Assembly: GCA_028714455.1 (NCBI GenBank)
Contig: JAQTMG010000001.1
Location: 128,568-192,567, forward strand
DNA length: 64,000 nucleotides
Direction: 5' to 3'
Origin: Patescibacteria group bacterium
GTDB lineage: Bacteria; Patescibacteriota; Patescibacteriia; CAIXNZ01
The notes under the pieces were generated by a model. It saw only the letters and a program-made list of their open reading frames with translations, was not told where the DNA came from and searched no databases. Shown here piece after piece: positions 9,354 to 20,200 of the stretch. A program made the position numbers and the translations under genes. Each line of letters starts with the position of its first letter. Positions within the stretch are counted from its first letter, which is position 1.

Positions 9354-9537
9354 ACTTTATAATGATTAGTTAATTATCTTAATTATATTATAGCAAAATA
9401 TAGGAAAATACCAAATATCTGTCGATAAAAATGTGAAAAAATAACTTGACAAAAAATTACCGCCGAGTATATTTATTATTGTGTGAGCTACAACAAAAAT
9501 TTACATATTCTTGCAAAAATTATTAAGTAGTAGCTTT

Positions 9538-9789
9538 ATGGAGAAAGACCAGAAGTTTCTGGAGGGGGTCTGTCATATGCTCGTTGACCATCCGAACGAT
9601 TTTAAGGTCAAACGAAGCATTGATGATCGTGGAGTTCTATTAACCGTTGATGTTCATCCGAATGACCTGGGCATGCTTATCGGCAAAGAAGGCAGGAACA
9701 TATCTGCCCTGCGCCACTTGGTGAGAATGGTGGGTTTTCAAAAAAAGGCTTTTGTGAACGTGAAACTTAACCAGCCAGAAAGAGCATAG
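9538..9789 (+). CDS. khpA: KH-domain RNA-binding protein KhpA
   Basis: LVDHP...DLGMLIGKEGRNISALR. Confidence 0.88.
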   Translation: MEKDQKFLEGVCHMLVDHPNDFKVKRSIDDRGVLLTVDVHPNDLGMLIGKEGRNISALRHLVRMVGFQKKAFVNVKLNQPERA

Positions 9790-9860
9790 TAAAAAAACGT
9801 TAAAGATTGTCCTGGGAAGAAGCGAATAGTGCTGATGTAGAGTGGCTTCACATTCTTTTT

Positions 9861-11222
9861 TTATAAATCGTAGACTTCCTCGTAGCTTGGAGAGCGGGCG
9901 GAAATTCCTAAATCGTTGATGATTTTTTTCTTTAGAACCTCGGCAGATTTTTTTTCCGCCTGAACAGTAAAAACCATTTTTAATGGTTTTTTTATTTTAT
10001 CTATGAATTCAAGGATTTGTTTTTGGTCGGCGTGGGCCGAGTAGCCGCCAATGGCCCGGCTCTCAATTTTATTTTTTATATCTTCGCCCATAATGCGAAC
10101 AATCGGCATGCCTTCCAAGATCTTTCTGCCCAGAGTACCTTCAACCTGAAAACCGATTATCAGAAACATATTGTTGGGGTTGGCCAGATACAACTTTTCA
10201 TGATAAAGAATTCGGCCGCCCGTTGACATGCCCGAACCGGCCACAATTATTTTAGGCGCCTTGACTTTGTTGATCGCTTTTGATTGCTCCCGACTGGGAG
10301 TAAACTCAAGCCCCGGAAAAGCGAAAATATCATCGCCCGATTTTATTACGTACTGCGCCTCTTTATTGAAATAATCTTGATGTTTTTTGTAAACGTCCGT
10401 AATTCTTATGGCCAGCGGGCTGTCGATAAAAATCGGAACTCGGCTGATTTTTTTATTCTCAACAAAGTCGTTGAGTTCGTACAGGAGTTCTTGCGTGCGC
10501 TCCAGAGCGAAAGAGGGCACTAGGAGTATTCCTTTTCTGTTAATGGCGTCGCTGATGGCTTTTTGTAAAAGCTGTTTCCTTATATCACGATCTTCGTGAA
10601 CTCTATCCCCATAAGCCGAATCAATGACTAAATAATCCGTTTTATCTATTTTGGCAGGGGGATTTAAGAGCGGTGTCGGCGGGTTACCCAAGTCGCCGGT
10701 GAAAACAATTTTTGCTTTATTTTTTCCCTCGCTTAAATAAAGTTCAATCATACTGGAGCCGAGTATGTGCCCGGAGTCTCTTAGCGTAAATTCAATGTCC
10801 TGGTTGAATTTTATTCTGGTTTCATAAGGATGTGTTTCAACGAGCTCGAGCATGGATTTCAAGTCATCGATCCCATAGAGCGGTAAAACACCCCTCTCCT
10901 GATATTCTTCTTCCATGAGATGAACCGCGTCTGCCAGCGCGACTTCCATCAAGTCTCTAGTCGGCGGCGTACAAAATATTTTCCCTCGAAATCCATTTTT
11001 TACCAGTTTAGCCAGCCGACCGCAATGGTCGAGATGAGAATGGGTAATAAAAACACAGTCGATTGTTTTTGGATCGTAGGGAAAAGGTAAGGAATTCAGC
11101 TCTATTAATTCGGGCGGACCCTGAAAAAGTCCGCAGTCAACCAGAACCTGGCTTTTACCCGCCTTGATTAAATAATTTGAACCGGTCACTACCTTGGCTC
11201 CGCCGTAGAAAAAAAGTTGCAT
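9861..11222 (-). CDS. MBL-fold beta-CASP ribonuclease
   Basis: THSHLDHCG, GHILGS, FTGDLG, AGSGM, YSAHAD motifs. Confidence 0.93.
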   Translation of the reverse strand: MQLFFYGGAKVVTGSNYLIKAGKSQVLVDCGLFQGPPELIELNSLPFPYDPKTIDCVFITHSHLDHCGRLAKLVKNGFRGKIFCTPPTRDLMEVALADAVHLMEEEYQERGVLPLYGIDDLKSMLELVETHPYETRIKFNQDIEFTLRDSGHILGSSMIELYLSEGKNKAKIVFTGDLGNPPTPLLNPPAKIDKTDYLVIDSAYGDRVHEDRDIRKQLLQKAISDAINRKGILLVPSFALERTQELLYELNDFVENKKISRVPIFIDSPLAIRITDVYKKHQDYFNKEAQYVIKSGDDIFAFPGLEFTPSREQSKAINKVKAPKIIVAGSGMSTGGRILYHEKLYLANPNNMFLIIGFQVEGTLGRKILEGMPIVRIMGEDIKNKIESRAIGGYSAHADQKQILEFIDKIKKPLKMVFTVQAEKKSAEVLKKKIINDLGISARSPSYEEVYDL

Positions 11223-11272
11223 GGCTGATTGTTACTTATTGGAAATTCGTTGATAATATTATAGCATTTTCA

Positions 11273-11525
11273 AAAATAAAAGGGGCTTGCTTCGCAAGCC
11301 CCTGCGGAATCCGCGGTGCTGTCTTTGCCCACCTGGGCTTTTTCTAGGTCAATTTTCACCTCCTGAATTTTGCGATTTTCATCGCGTCCAGCTGCTTACG
11401 CGCCAGTGAATGGCCGCTGAAAGAGCTTCTCCATTAACACCTCCTTCGTTAATTTTTCGGCTCTCCTCGCCAAATCCGTTTTTGGCTAGATATCTGTCGG
11501 GCTGCTCATACTTTTTCCTCCTTTG
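11273..11525 (-). ncRNA. Candidate small RNA with three SD-led micro-ORFs and many GGA motifs
   Basis: TTGCGA-16-TATAAT promoter (11532-11559), terminator 11273-11303, no long ORF. Confidence 0.45.
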
Positions 11526-11622
11526 ATTTTAATTATACCTTGGTTAAAAAAAATCGCAACCGGCTCCAGACGATGGTGTGGAAAAATAAAAAACTCCCGC
11601 GTGGGAGTTTTTTAGTATCTGA

Positions 11623-12837
11623 TTATTTTTTCGCTGTTTTCTTTTTGGCACTTTCTTTCTTCACTGGTTTTTCTTTTTTAGGCTCTGGCTTCTCTTTCTT
11701 TTCTTTTTCCTCTTTTGCCTCCGGCTTGCTTTCCTGCTTAGACTTTTCTTTAAGTGATTTTAGGCTCAAACCCAGGCGATGGTTTTCTGGCTCCACGGAA
11801 ATAACTTTGAATTTTAACGTCTCGCCAGCCTTGGCGATTTCATTGACGTCCGTAATTGGTTTTTCTGACAATTCGGAGATATGGGCCAAGCCGTGAATAT
11901 CTGAATCCAGTTCGACAAAGAGTCCAAACGGGTTTACTTTGAGAACCTTGCCGCTGACCACGTCGCCGGCTTTATATTTTTTTTCAATATTTTTCCACGG
12001 ATCGCCTTTTAGCTTTTTCATCGAGAGAAATATCTTAGTGCCTTCTATCTTTATTATTTCCGCGTCAACCGCGTCTCCAACTTTCACAAACTCGCGCGGG
12101 TCATCTATCCTCTGCCAGGCGATTTCTGAAATATGGACGAGGCCTTCCATCTTATCCCCAAATTCCACAAAGGCGCCGAAGTCCGTGACAGCGGTAATCT
12201 TGCCCTTTACTTTGTCGCCGACTTTGAATTTCGAGACTGCTTTTTCTTGAGCTTCGGCCCAGGCGGCTTTCTCGGAGACGATCAGTTTTTCATCACGCTC
12301 ATCAACGTCGATAACCTTGACCTGAAGCAGTTGGCCGACGAACTTTTTTAAAAATTCCAGTATCTTGTTTTTATCGCCGCCTTCAACGCGGGGGTAATGC
12401 TCGGGAATTAGCTGGGAAACTGGCAGAAAACCAGCGGTGTGATCGAGCTTAATCATCAGACCGCCCTTGTTGGCGTCAGTAACTTTGGCCATGATAACTT
12501 CGCCTTTGGCCATCAAGTCTCGCAGAGAATTCCAAGCTTTTTGCTGACCGGCAAAACGGAAAGACAATTCAAGTTCTCCGTTCTCATTTTCAAGTTCTAC
12601 CACCGTTGCCTCGACAGTGTCGCCGACTTTGAGTCCGCCGTATTCATCTGATTCATTATAAAGTTCGCGGCCGCGGATGACGCCAGTTTTGACGCCGCCA
12701 ATATCGAGGCGCACCTCGCTTTTTGAGGCGTTAATTACTTTGCCCTTAACCACTTCGCCTGCTTTTGGCAATGTAAAATATTTTGGGTCAGAAATTAGTT
12801 TGGCGAATTCCGAATTTTTAGTGTCTTTAATAGACAT
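11623..12837 (-). CDS. rpsA: 30S ribosomal protein S1 (four S1 domains)
   Basis: Repeated S1 motifs FGAFVE..GLVHISE; basic C-terminal tail. Confidence 0.93.
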   Translation of the reverse strand: MSIKDTKNSEFAKLISDPKYFTLPKAGEVVKGKVINASKSEVRLDIGGVKTGVIRGRELYNESDEYGGLKVGDTVEATVVELENENGELELSFRFAGQQKAWNSLRDLMAKGEVIMAKVTDANKGGLMIKLDHTAGFLPVSQLIPEHYPRVEGGDKNKILEFLKKFVGQLLQVKVIDVDERDEKLIVSEKAAWAEAQEKAVSKFKVGDKVKGKITAVTDFGAFVEFGDKMEGLVHISEIAWQRIDDPREFVKVGDAVDAEIIKIEGTKIFLSMKKLKGDPWKNIEKKYKAGDVVSGKVLKVNPFGLFVELDSDIHGLAHISELSEKPITDVNEIAKAGETLKFKVISVEPENHRLGLSLKSLKEKSKQESKPEAKEEKEKKEKPEPKKEKPVKKESAKKKTAKK

Positions 12838-12839
12838 AT

Positions 12840-12980
12840 TTTATCCTTATAAAATAAAGAATTCTCCTTAAACGGGAGAAGTTTATTTAAGGTTAACCCG
12901 CAAAAGTCTTGTGAGATGACCTTGCAAGTCCCCTCATTTAGAGAGGGGTGTTAATTAAGGTTTTCAAATGGTATTTAGGA
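12840..12980 (-). promoter_or_regulatory. Structured rpsA 5' leader
   Basis: TTGACA...TAAAAT promoter near 12980-13008, followed by hairpins (cccctc/gagggg, ttctcc/ggagaa). Confidence 0.5.
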
Positions 12981-13009
12981 TTTTAACTCAAGTAAAAATT
13001 ATTGTCAAG

Positions 13010-14005
13010 CTAGGTTTTTTTCAATTTGGTTAGCATGGCCCTTAATTCCGCGGATTGTTTTTGGGTCAGATTCGGATTTTTTGATAGAGTTTCAATAAAA
13101 CTAATTATTTGCGGAACGTATTCCTTGGGTGGGTTTTGCGTTATCAGCCTTAAGTGATCCATGATCTCAATTATTTTTGCCTGGTTATTGTTTTGTATAG
13201 TCTGATCTTGGAATGCGTTTTGGCTTTGTAATAAATTTAATATTTGTTGCTGCTTATTTTTCTCGCTAGCATTGCCGATCGCGATTAAAAATAAAATTAT
13301 AAAAAGCGCTATTATTATTTTTCTTTTATGTCTTCGCCAAAACGACTTTTTGGCGGGTTTTTGTTCTTCTTTGCTTTTTTCTAACGGAAGCGGCGCTGCT
13401 TGGGTGGCTACGTGTTCCTGGTCCTTGGCTAGATTGGCATTGGCTTGGGCGAGTTCCTCCCTTTTTAATTTAGCGCGAATTAGATTGGTTTGTTCACTTA
13501 ACACTTTATAAACTTTAATCTGTTCAGGAACACCCTTGAGCCGTCGATAACCGATTTCTGCGGTGGGTATTTCATTTTTGTTCATGGCCAGATAAACCGC
13601 TTCAGTGAAATACACCTCGTTTGGCTCGGCGATGCTCTCAATGCGGGAAGCGATATTAACTGGTTCCCCGAAAATATCATTATCCTTAATATTAACCTCA
13701 CCCAAGTTAACAGCGATTCTTACGTCAATCTGATCGGTCGTAGCCGCGCGGGCGTTGTGATTTAAAATATTTTCCTGGATTTTCATGCCACAAAGTACCG
13801 CGTCTGTCGGACTTTCAAAAGTGACTAAAAAAGCATCGCCAATGGTTTTAACAATGTGGCCGTCGAAAAGATTTATGGCTGGTTTTATCAATTCATCTTG
13901 CAGTTCGAGCAGATGGTGTAATTGCTCGCGTGAGTGAGTAGCGGCTTTAGCCGTAAAGCCTTTCATGTCCGTGAACATGATGGTCAGATTTTTGGTTTGA
14001 ATCAT
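13010..14005 (-). CDS. Class III adenylate/guanylate cyclase with C-terminal TM segment
   Basis: TIMFTDMKGFT, VKTIGDAF, DIFGEPVNIASRIE motifs. Confidence 0.9.
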   Translation of the reverse strand: MIQTKNLTIMFTDMKGFTAKAATHSREQLHHLLELQDELIKPAINLFDGHIVKTIGDAFLVTFESPTDAVLCGMKIQENILNHNARAATTDQIDVRIAVNLGEVNIKDNDIFGEPVNIASRIESIAEPNEVYFTEAVYLAMNKNEIPTAEIGYRRLKGVPEQIKVYKVLSEQTNLIRAKLKREELAQANANLAKDQEHVATQAAPLPLEKSKEEQKPAKKSFWRRHKRKIIIALFIILFLIAIGNASEKNKQQQILNLLQSQNAFQDQTIQNNNQAKIIEIMDHLRLITQNPPKEYVPQIISFIETLSKNPNLTQKQSAELRAMLTKLKKT

Positions 14006-14157
14006 ATTTTTAGGTTTGAACCCATTATAAACAATTCATGATTTTAATCAATATTTATTGGTTTTGAAGGCTTTATTTTTTTCTGCCTTCGTGCTAAGGT
14101 TGAGGAATTCGATAAATGTAAATAATTGAACTTTAACAATAAATAAAGGAGGGTAAT

Positions 14158-15585
14158 GTGGAAATAATTTTAGACATGCTGGATATTGAACAGAGGAGCG
14201 GTATTTTTCAAGTGCCTCCGAGCGCGAAAAGATTGGGAGCTTTTAAATCCAGTTATGGGAACAGGAACGCGTTCAAAAGAGGCATTATTAATTTGCCGTG
14301 CATTATTGAAGGAGAGAGATATTTCCGGAGTGGGATTGAAAAAAGATTAGTTTTGCATTATTCCACGGTAAGGAAATTATGCGAGTCTGGGTTGTTGCGG
14401 TCGCTAACAAAATCCAAATCGAATGGATTTTTGCCTTTGGCTAAAAAACCAATTTCTCCACTCTCGATAGCTCAAACTTTGAGCTGGCTCCTGGGGGTTC
14501 CCATTGAAGAGATCCTGAAAAATAGGTTCGTTTTTAAGTCAGGAAAATTTGCCAGCCTGACGGCAAAAGAGAGGGTGAAGATTTTATTTCAAGCCTATCG
14601 CGGTTGTGAATGGTTTGAAAAATTTCTCACCAGGCAAGAAAAACATCTTGAATTTTTAAAGAAAAAAAAGCTGATGGTCGAACGGCCAATCACAAGAAGT
14701 CATATCGAAGATTGGTTTACGCTTGGCTTTGATTATCGAATCTGTCAAAATTTGATTAAAAACGGCCTTATTATTCCTGAAGGTAGATTCAAAAATAAAA
14801 GCATGCATAATTACATCGACCTGGAAGCCTTTGCGCAGCTTCTTTCACTAATCACCGGAGTTGAATACGAAGAAATATTTTGTCAGGGCTACAGCTCGGC
14901 CTTAAAAGCGATGGCTGATAAATTTGTCGTAAGCCGTTTAAGGCCATTTATGCTAGAAATGAAGATTAAGCCCTCAAAACTTTTCACAATAGCCGAAGCA
15001 GGCAAGCTTCTGGGGATTTCTTATCAAACTCTTTTTTCGGCGCTAAAGCGGGGCTTTATTAAGAATTTTCCCGAGGGACAAAACACGGCAAAAATACTTG
15101 GCGTTGATTTGGCCATCTATGGCATTAAGCATAAATGGGGCAATATTCTAATTTTCCGGCAGGCCGATGTCTTAAATATTTTCGGCGTACAGGGAAATGT
15201 TAATTTAAGAAAACTTGGAGTCTTAAGTTCTCCAGAAGGAACTTATTCCAAGCACCATTATGTCTTTCCGCTTTACGACAAAGTAGCGGAAGTTGCCCGG
15301 GAGAAATATTTCAGTGATTCAAAAAATCAAGACTTGCTATTCCTCGTCGGTAGGAGCAATTTAGTGGTTTGTGTTGATGGGGCCGCGAAAGAAAATTTTC
15401 TCCAGACTTACGACTTAGATATTTTTGATGAAGATTCAGAATCTTGGTTAGAGATGCAGCTCGCCAGGCCCGAGTCGATAGGTGAAAAGGAGATAATCAC
15501 GCGAGATTTGGTGATTACCATTTCCCCAAAAGATCCTAATGTTGATTTCGCCAAGGTTAAATCGTTTAAATTAAGGATTGATTAA
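14158..15585 (+). CDS. Hypothetical protein with excisionase/MerR-type HTH
   Basis: LFTIAEAGKLLGISYQTLFSALKRGFI; SD AAGGAGG; own terminator. Confidence 0.7.
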   Translation: MEIILDMLDIEQRSGIFQVPPSAKRLGAFKSSYGNRNAFKRGIINLPCIIEGERYFRSGIEKRLVLHYSTVRKLCESGLLRSLTKSKSNGFLPLAKKPISPLSIAQTLSWLLGVPIEEILKNRFVFKSGKFASLTAKERVKILFQAYRGCEWFEKFLTRQEKHLEFLKKKKLMVERPITRSHIEDWFTLGFDYRICQNLIKNGLIIPEGRFKNKSMHNYIDLEAFAQLLSLITGVEYEEIFCQGYSSALKAMADKFVVSRLRPFMLEMKIKPSKLFTIAEAGKLLGISYQTLFSALKRGFIKNFPEGQNTAKILGVDLAIYGIKHKWGNILIFRQADVLNIFGVQGNVNLRKLGVLSSPEGTYSKHHYVFPLYDKVAEVAREKYFSDSKNQDLLFLVGRSNLVVCVDGAAKENFLQTYDLDIFDEDSESWLEMQLARPESIGEKEIITRDLVITISPKDPNVDFAKVKSFKLRID

Positions 15586-15715
15586 CCGCCAAGAGGCACA
15601 AATTTGTGCCTCTTTTTTATAACTTTTTCTGTTGCAGACTTCGTTTTTTTATGCTAAAATATTAGTAGCAAAGTGAATAACTTTGTTTTATTATTTAATA
15701 CTTAAATATCAAAAT

Positions 15716-16354
15716 ATGACCATTTTTTGGCTCGGTCATTCAGCCTTCAAAATTCAAGACAAAGAGGTGACCGTAGCCGTTGATCCGTACGGCGCCGGTG
15801 CCAAGATGCCAAAATTCGGCGCCGAGATCCTGTTGATTACTCACGCTCATCTCGATCACAATAACAAGGAGGCCATCAAAGGCGAGCCTTTTTTAATTGA
15901 CGGACCCGGCGAATACGAAGTTAAAAATGTTTTTGTCTACGGTATTAATTCTTATCACGACAATAAGCAGGGAGCCGAGAGGGGCAAAAACAACATTTTT
16001 TTAATAGAGATGGAAGGAATAAAAGTGGCTCACCTGGGTGATTTCGGACAAGACAGCCTGACCGATGAACAGCTGGAGATGCTGGAGGGAGTTGATGTGC
16101 TTTTAATTCCTGTCGGCGGCAACGTGACCATTGATGGCGAACAGGCAGTCAAAATTATCAGTCAGCTTCAGCCCAGAATCGTCATTCCGATGCACTATAA
16201 AGAGGCGGGCGTTTTCACCAAGCTTGAGCCAGTTGATAAATTTTTGAAAGAATTTGGCAGTACCAACCCGGAAAAAATGGATAAGCTAAAAATTAATAAG
16301 AGGGAGGATTTGCCCCAGGAAGAAACAAAAGTTATTCTTTTAAGTAAATCTTAA
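15716..16354 (+). CDS. MBL-fold metallo-hydrolase (Lactamase_B_3-like)
   Basis: WLGHSAF, THAHLDH, HLGD, IPMHY motifs. Confidence 0.9.
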   Translation: MTIFWLGHSAFKIQDKEVTVAVDPYGAGAKMPKFGAEILLITHAHLDHNNKEAIKGEPFLIDGPGEYEVKNVFVYGINSYHDNKQGAERGKNNIFLIEMEGIKVAHLGDFGQDSLTDEQLEMLEGVDVLLIPVGGNVTIDGEQAVKIISQLQPRIVIPMHYKEAGVFTKLEPVDKFLKEFGSTNPEKMDKLKINKREDLPQEETKVILLSKS

Positions 16355-16357
16355 GTC

Positions 16358-16897
16358 ATGGCAGGAAAAAAAAGTTTGAAAATAAAAAAACCGGTCAAGG
16401 TTAGACGAGGTGTTAAGAAGGGTGGCGGCCAGACAGAAGGTTTTTACGGACAAGTAATGGCCGAGCCTACAAATTTTGGTCCGGCTGCCGCAGCTGATCT
16501 AGTAGGGGAAAGACTTGAAGATGTAGATGAGAATTTTATTTATTTTGAAAACAGAAAAAAAGATAAGAGTCAGAAGAGAAAAATGCGGCTAGTCTACGCC
16601 GGAGTTTTCGGTCTCACGGCCGTGATTATGATATTTTGGTTATTAAACGTTAGAGAAGGTTTCGGCAAGGGGCTGGGGAATCCAAATTCCAGTCAGGATT
16701 TGTCAGCGATCGTCGGCACCCTACAAAATGCTCTTGGAAATTTTAGTCAGGCCATCGGTTTGCAAAAACAAGCCGCCGACAATTTTTTACAAGCGACAGA
16801 AAACATTATCATCGAAGAGAAAGTTAAAAATGATATTACCGAGCAAATGAAAAACCAGATTGAGGGTAGTCAAAATTTGAATTTAACAACTAATTAA
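16358..16897 (+). CDS. Hypothetical single-TM protein
   Basis: ORF in operon upstream of gyrA; one hydrophobic segment. Confidence 0.7.
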   Translation: MAGKKSLKIKKPVKVRRGVKKGGGQTEGFYGQVMAEPTNFGPAAAADLVGERLEDVDENFIYFENRKKDKSQKRKMRLVYAGVFGLTAVIMIFWLLNVREGFGKGLGNPNSSQDLSAIVGTLQNALGNFSQAIGLQKQAADNFLQATENIIIEEKVKNDITEQMKNQIEGSQNLNLTTN

Positions 16898-16906
16898 AGA
16901 TTAAAT

Positions 16907-19447
16907 ATGGTAGCGAAAAATAAAAGTAATAAGAAATTCAAGAAAATTTCAGGCAAAAAAGTTAAAAAAAATGAAACTTCAGAAGAATTAGAAAAATCAG
17001 GCGCTCCTATCGCCAGCCAAATTGAGCAAAGGTCTCTTGTCGATGAAATGCAAGAGTCATATTTGGATTATGCCATGTCAGTTATCGTGGCCCGCGCCTT
17101 GCCAGATGTACGCGATGGTTTAAAGCCGGTTCACCGTAGAATTTTATATGCCATGTGGGATGTGGGCTTGAAACCTTCGGCTAAATTCAGAAAATCAGCT
17201 ACCATCGTCGGTGAAGTTTTGGGTAAATATCATCCTCACGGCGATTCTTCCGTCTACGAATCCATGGTCAGAATGGCCCAAGATTTTTCCATGCGCTATC
17301 CATTAGTTTGGGGCCAAGGCAACTTTGGTTCCATGGATGGCGACAGGGCTGCTGCTTATCGTTATACCGAGGCCAAATTAAAGGGTATTGCCGAGGAAAT
17401 GCTTTTGGATATTGATAAAGACACGGTTAACTTTGTGCCAAATTTTGATGGCTCGCATAATGAACCCTTGGTTTTGCCAGCGAAATTACCTAATCTGCTT
17501 TTGAATGGTACTATGGGCATTGCCGTTGGCATGGCCACTGACATTCCGCCTCATAATTTAACCGAATTGTGCGACGGTATTACCCACCTGATCGATTATC
17601 CCAAAGCCACTGTTGAAGATTTGATGAAGTTTATCAAGGGCCCTGATTTTCCAACCGGCGGCATTATCTACGATGTGAAAGAAATTCAACGCGCTTACGC
17701 GACGGGCAAGGGAGCCATTGTTATGCGCGCCAAAGCCGAGATCATGGAAGATAAAGGCGGCAAATTTAAAATAATCGTGACCGAGATTCCTTACCGCGTG
17801 AACAAAGCCGAGTTGATTGAAAAAATCGCTGACTTGGTGCGCGACAAAAAAATCAAAGACATTAAGGACTTACGCGATGAGTCATCAAAAGAAGGCGTGA
17901 GAATCGTGATCGAACTTAAAAAGGATTCTTATCCCAAGAAAATTTTAAACCAATTATATAAGCTGACTTCTTTGCAGGATACTTTTCATGTTAATGCTTT
18001 GGCTCTAATTGACGGCTTACAACCCAGAGTTTTAACTTTAAAAATGATTTTGGAAGAATACGTGAAACACCGCGAAGTGGTGATTAGGCGCAGAACCGAA
18101 TTTGAATTAAGAAAAGCTAAAGAGCGCGCTCACATCTTGGAGGGCTTGGTTAAGGCGCTTAATAACATAGACGCCGTCATCTCAACTATCAAGAAATCAA
18201 AAGATAAAGATGAGGCCAGGGTAAATTTGATGAAGAAGTTCAAATTTACTGAAATTCAGGCCACTGCCATCCTGGAAATGCGGCTCCAACAGTTAGCTAA
18301 TCTGGAAAGGCAGAAATTAATTGATGAGTTGAAGGAAATTAAGAAATTAATTGAGGAATTGGAAGGCATCTTGAAATCAAGAACAAAGATTTTAAATATC
18401 ATCAAAAAAGATTTGGCGCAAATTAGAGAAAAGTATGGTGATGAGCGCCGAACAGAGATTGTTAAATCACCAGTCGGAGAATTTTCAGTTAAAGATTTGA
18501 TTCCCAATGAACCGACTATCGTGGTGGTGACTCGCGACGGTTACATCAAGCGCATGCCGCCAGAAACATTTAAGACGCAAGCACGCGGCGGCAAGGGCGT
18601 GATGGGTTTAACTACAAAAGAAGAAGATATCGTGGAACATTTTTTCACCACCAATACTCACGCTGACTTATTATTCTTTACCACCAGCGGTCGCGTCTTC
18701 CAACTAAAAGCCTTTGAAGTCCCGCAAGCGGCTAGAACTGCCAAAGGTCAGGCTTTAGTTAACTTTTTACAACTAGCACCGCACGAAAATGTTACTTCTG
18801 TCTTGGATCTGGCTGATTTAACTGGTTATAAATATCTGGTTCTGGTGACTAAAAAAGGTTTGATTAAAAAAGTTGATATTACCGAAATCACCAAGGTCAG
18901 AAAGAGCGGTTTGATTGCCATCAAATTAAAATCAGGAGACATCTTGCTTTATGCCAAACCATCCAGCGGCGTTGATGAAGTAGTTTTGGTAACTAATGAC
19001 GGCATGTCAGTGCGCTTTAGGGAAAAAGATATAAGGCCGATGGGCCGAGCAGCCGCCGGCGTGCGCGGTATCCGCCTGAAAGGCGCTGACTTTGTAGTGC
19101 GCATGGATATCAATGAAAAAGGCATGAAAGACGCCAACTTAGATTTATTGGTGGTGATGAAAAATGGTTATGGTAAACGTTCTGGCATAAATTCTTATAG
19201 ATTGCAGAGCCGCGGTGGCACAGGTATTAAGACGGCCAAGATTACTGAAAAGACTGGCAAAATTATTGGCGCGCGCTTGATTAATAATAAAGATTTGGAT
19301 CGCGACATGATAATTATTTCAGAAAAGGGCCAGGTGATTAGATTGCCGCTCAAGAGCGTCAGCCACTTGGGTCGCGCCACTCAAGGCGTGCGCCTGATGA
19401 GCTTCAAGGAAAAGGGCGATAGGGTGGCTAGCGTAACATTAGTTTAA
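16907..19447 (+). CDS. gyrA: DNA gyrase subunit A
   Basis: [30 protein letters not shown], GyrA-box QARGGKG. Confidence 0.98.
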   Translation: MVAKNKSNKKFKKISGKKVKKNETSEELEKSGAPIASQIEQRSLVDEMQESYLDYAMSVIVARALPDVRDGLKPVHRRILYAMWDVGLKPSAKFRKSATIVGEVLGKYHPHGDSSVYESMVRMAQDFSMRYPLVWGQGNFGSMDGDRAAAYRYTEAKLKGIAEEMLLDIDKDTVNFVPNFDGSHNEPLVLPAKLPNLLLNGTMGIAVGMATDIPPHNLTELCDGITHLIDYPKATVEDLMKFIKGPDFPTGGIIYDVKEIQRAYATGKGAIVMRAKAEIMEDKGGKFKIIVTEIPYRVNKAELIEKIADLVRDKKIKDIKDLRDESSKEGVRIVIELKKDSYPKKILNQLYKLTSLQDTFHVNALALIDGLQPRVLTLKMILEEYVKHREVVIRRRTEFELRKAKERAHILEGLVKALNNIDAVISTIKKSKDKDEARVNLMKKFKFTEIQATAILEMRLQQLANLERQKLIDELKEIKKLIEELEGILKSRTKILNIIKKDLAQIREKYGDERRTEIVKSPVGEFSVKDLIPNEPTIVVVTRDGYIKRMPPETFKTQARGGKGVMGLTTKEEDIVEHFFTTNTHADLLFFTTSGRVFQLKAFEVPQAARTAKGQALVNFLQLAPHENVTSVLDLADLTGYKYLVLVTKKGLIKKVDITEITKVRKSGLIAIKLKSGDILLYAKPSSGVDEVVLVTNDGMSVRFREKDIRPMGRAAAGVRGIRLKGADFVVRMDINEKGMKDANLDLLVVMKNGYGKRSGINSYRLQSRGGTGIKTAKITEKTGKIIGARLINNKDLDRDMIIISEKGQVIRLPLKSVSHLGRATQGVRLMSFKEKGDRVASVTLV

Positions 19448-19493
19448 TTGAAATAGAAAAGAGGGTGCTTGCGCATCCTCTTTTGATTCTGAA

Positions 19494-19727
19494 TTAGTCG
19501 TCATCGATAGAAAGATCTTGTTGCGAAAAATAGCCCGAGGGCAAGTGCTGTACGTTCAGTTTTTTTTCGATTGCACGTAGGCCATCCTCTTGGCCGATAA
19601 TCCAGTATTTGCCCCCATCTTTTGTCTTTAGGCCAATGTGTAATAAACAATGAAATTCATTTGCCAGATCCGCGAGTCTTTTTTCCATATTCTCTCCCGG
19701 CTCTTCATGAAATCTAAGGCTCGCCAT
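19494..19727 (-). CDS. Hypothetical protein
   Basis: AAGGAG SD, TTGACA promoter, terminator. Confidence 0.6.
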   Translation of the reverse strand: MASLRFHEEPGENMEKRLADLANEFHCLLHIGLKTKDGGKYWIIGQEDGLRAIEKKLNVQHLPSGYFSQQDLSIDDD

Positions 19728-19870
19728 TTTTTCCTCCTTTAATTTTGATTTTTTAGCTTATCAAAGATTATTAATCTTGTCAATATTCAAAGCTTTTCTC
19801 TTGAATAAATTTTGGAAATAAGCTACAATATTCTTAATTCTAAATTCATAATTCATAATTCCAATTAATT

Positions 19871-20113
19871 ATGTCAGTACCAGCGAAAAGACGAGCCAGC
19901 AGTTCAAAGAGGAGAAGAGCGGCGCACTTTGCTCTAGAGGCGACCAGAACTTCATCGTGTTCAAAATGCGGCAAGCAGATTTTACCACACAGAGTCTGCC
20001 CGTATTGCGGTTCCTACAAAGGCAAGGAGTATCTCAAATCAAAATTGGACAAAAAAGAAGAGAAAAAATTAAAAAAACAAAAAGCTCAAGCCGCCGAAAA
20101 ACAGGGTAAGTAG
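19871..20113 (+). CDS. rpmF: 50S ribosomal protein L32
   Basis: MSVPAKR...CSKCG..ILPHRVCPYCGSYKG. Confidence 0.95.
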   Translation: MSVPAKRRASSSKRRRAAHFALEATRTSSCSKCGKQILPHRVCPYCGSYKGKEYLKSKLDKKEEKKLKKQKAQAAEKQGK

Positions 20114-20117
20114 AAAT

Positions 20118-20200
20118 CTGAACTACTAAATAATTAACACGAAAAAACACGAAATTTTAGTGAGTTTGGTGAAAAAAATTTCGTGGTTAATCATTCCAAT
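20118..20200. repeat. ~85-bp intergenic element with cacgaa/ttcgtg inverted motifs
   Basis: Homologous to 50241-50322 and partly to 22653-22715. Confidence 0.6.

Noticed and set aside
11280-11509. Stop-codon recoding (in-frame TAG/TAA here and TAG at 43208)
   Set aside because: Core genes end normally in TAA, TAG and TGA, and there is no suppressor tRNA in the window.
14158-15585. Prophage or integrase
   Set aside because: Only an HTH is recognisable; no recombinase catalytic motifs or phage structural genes anywhere in the window.
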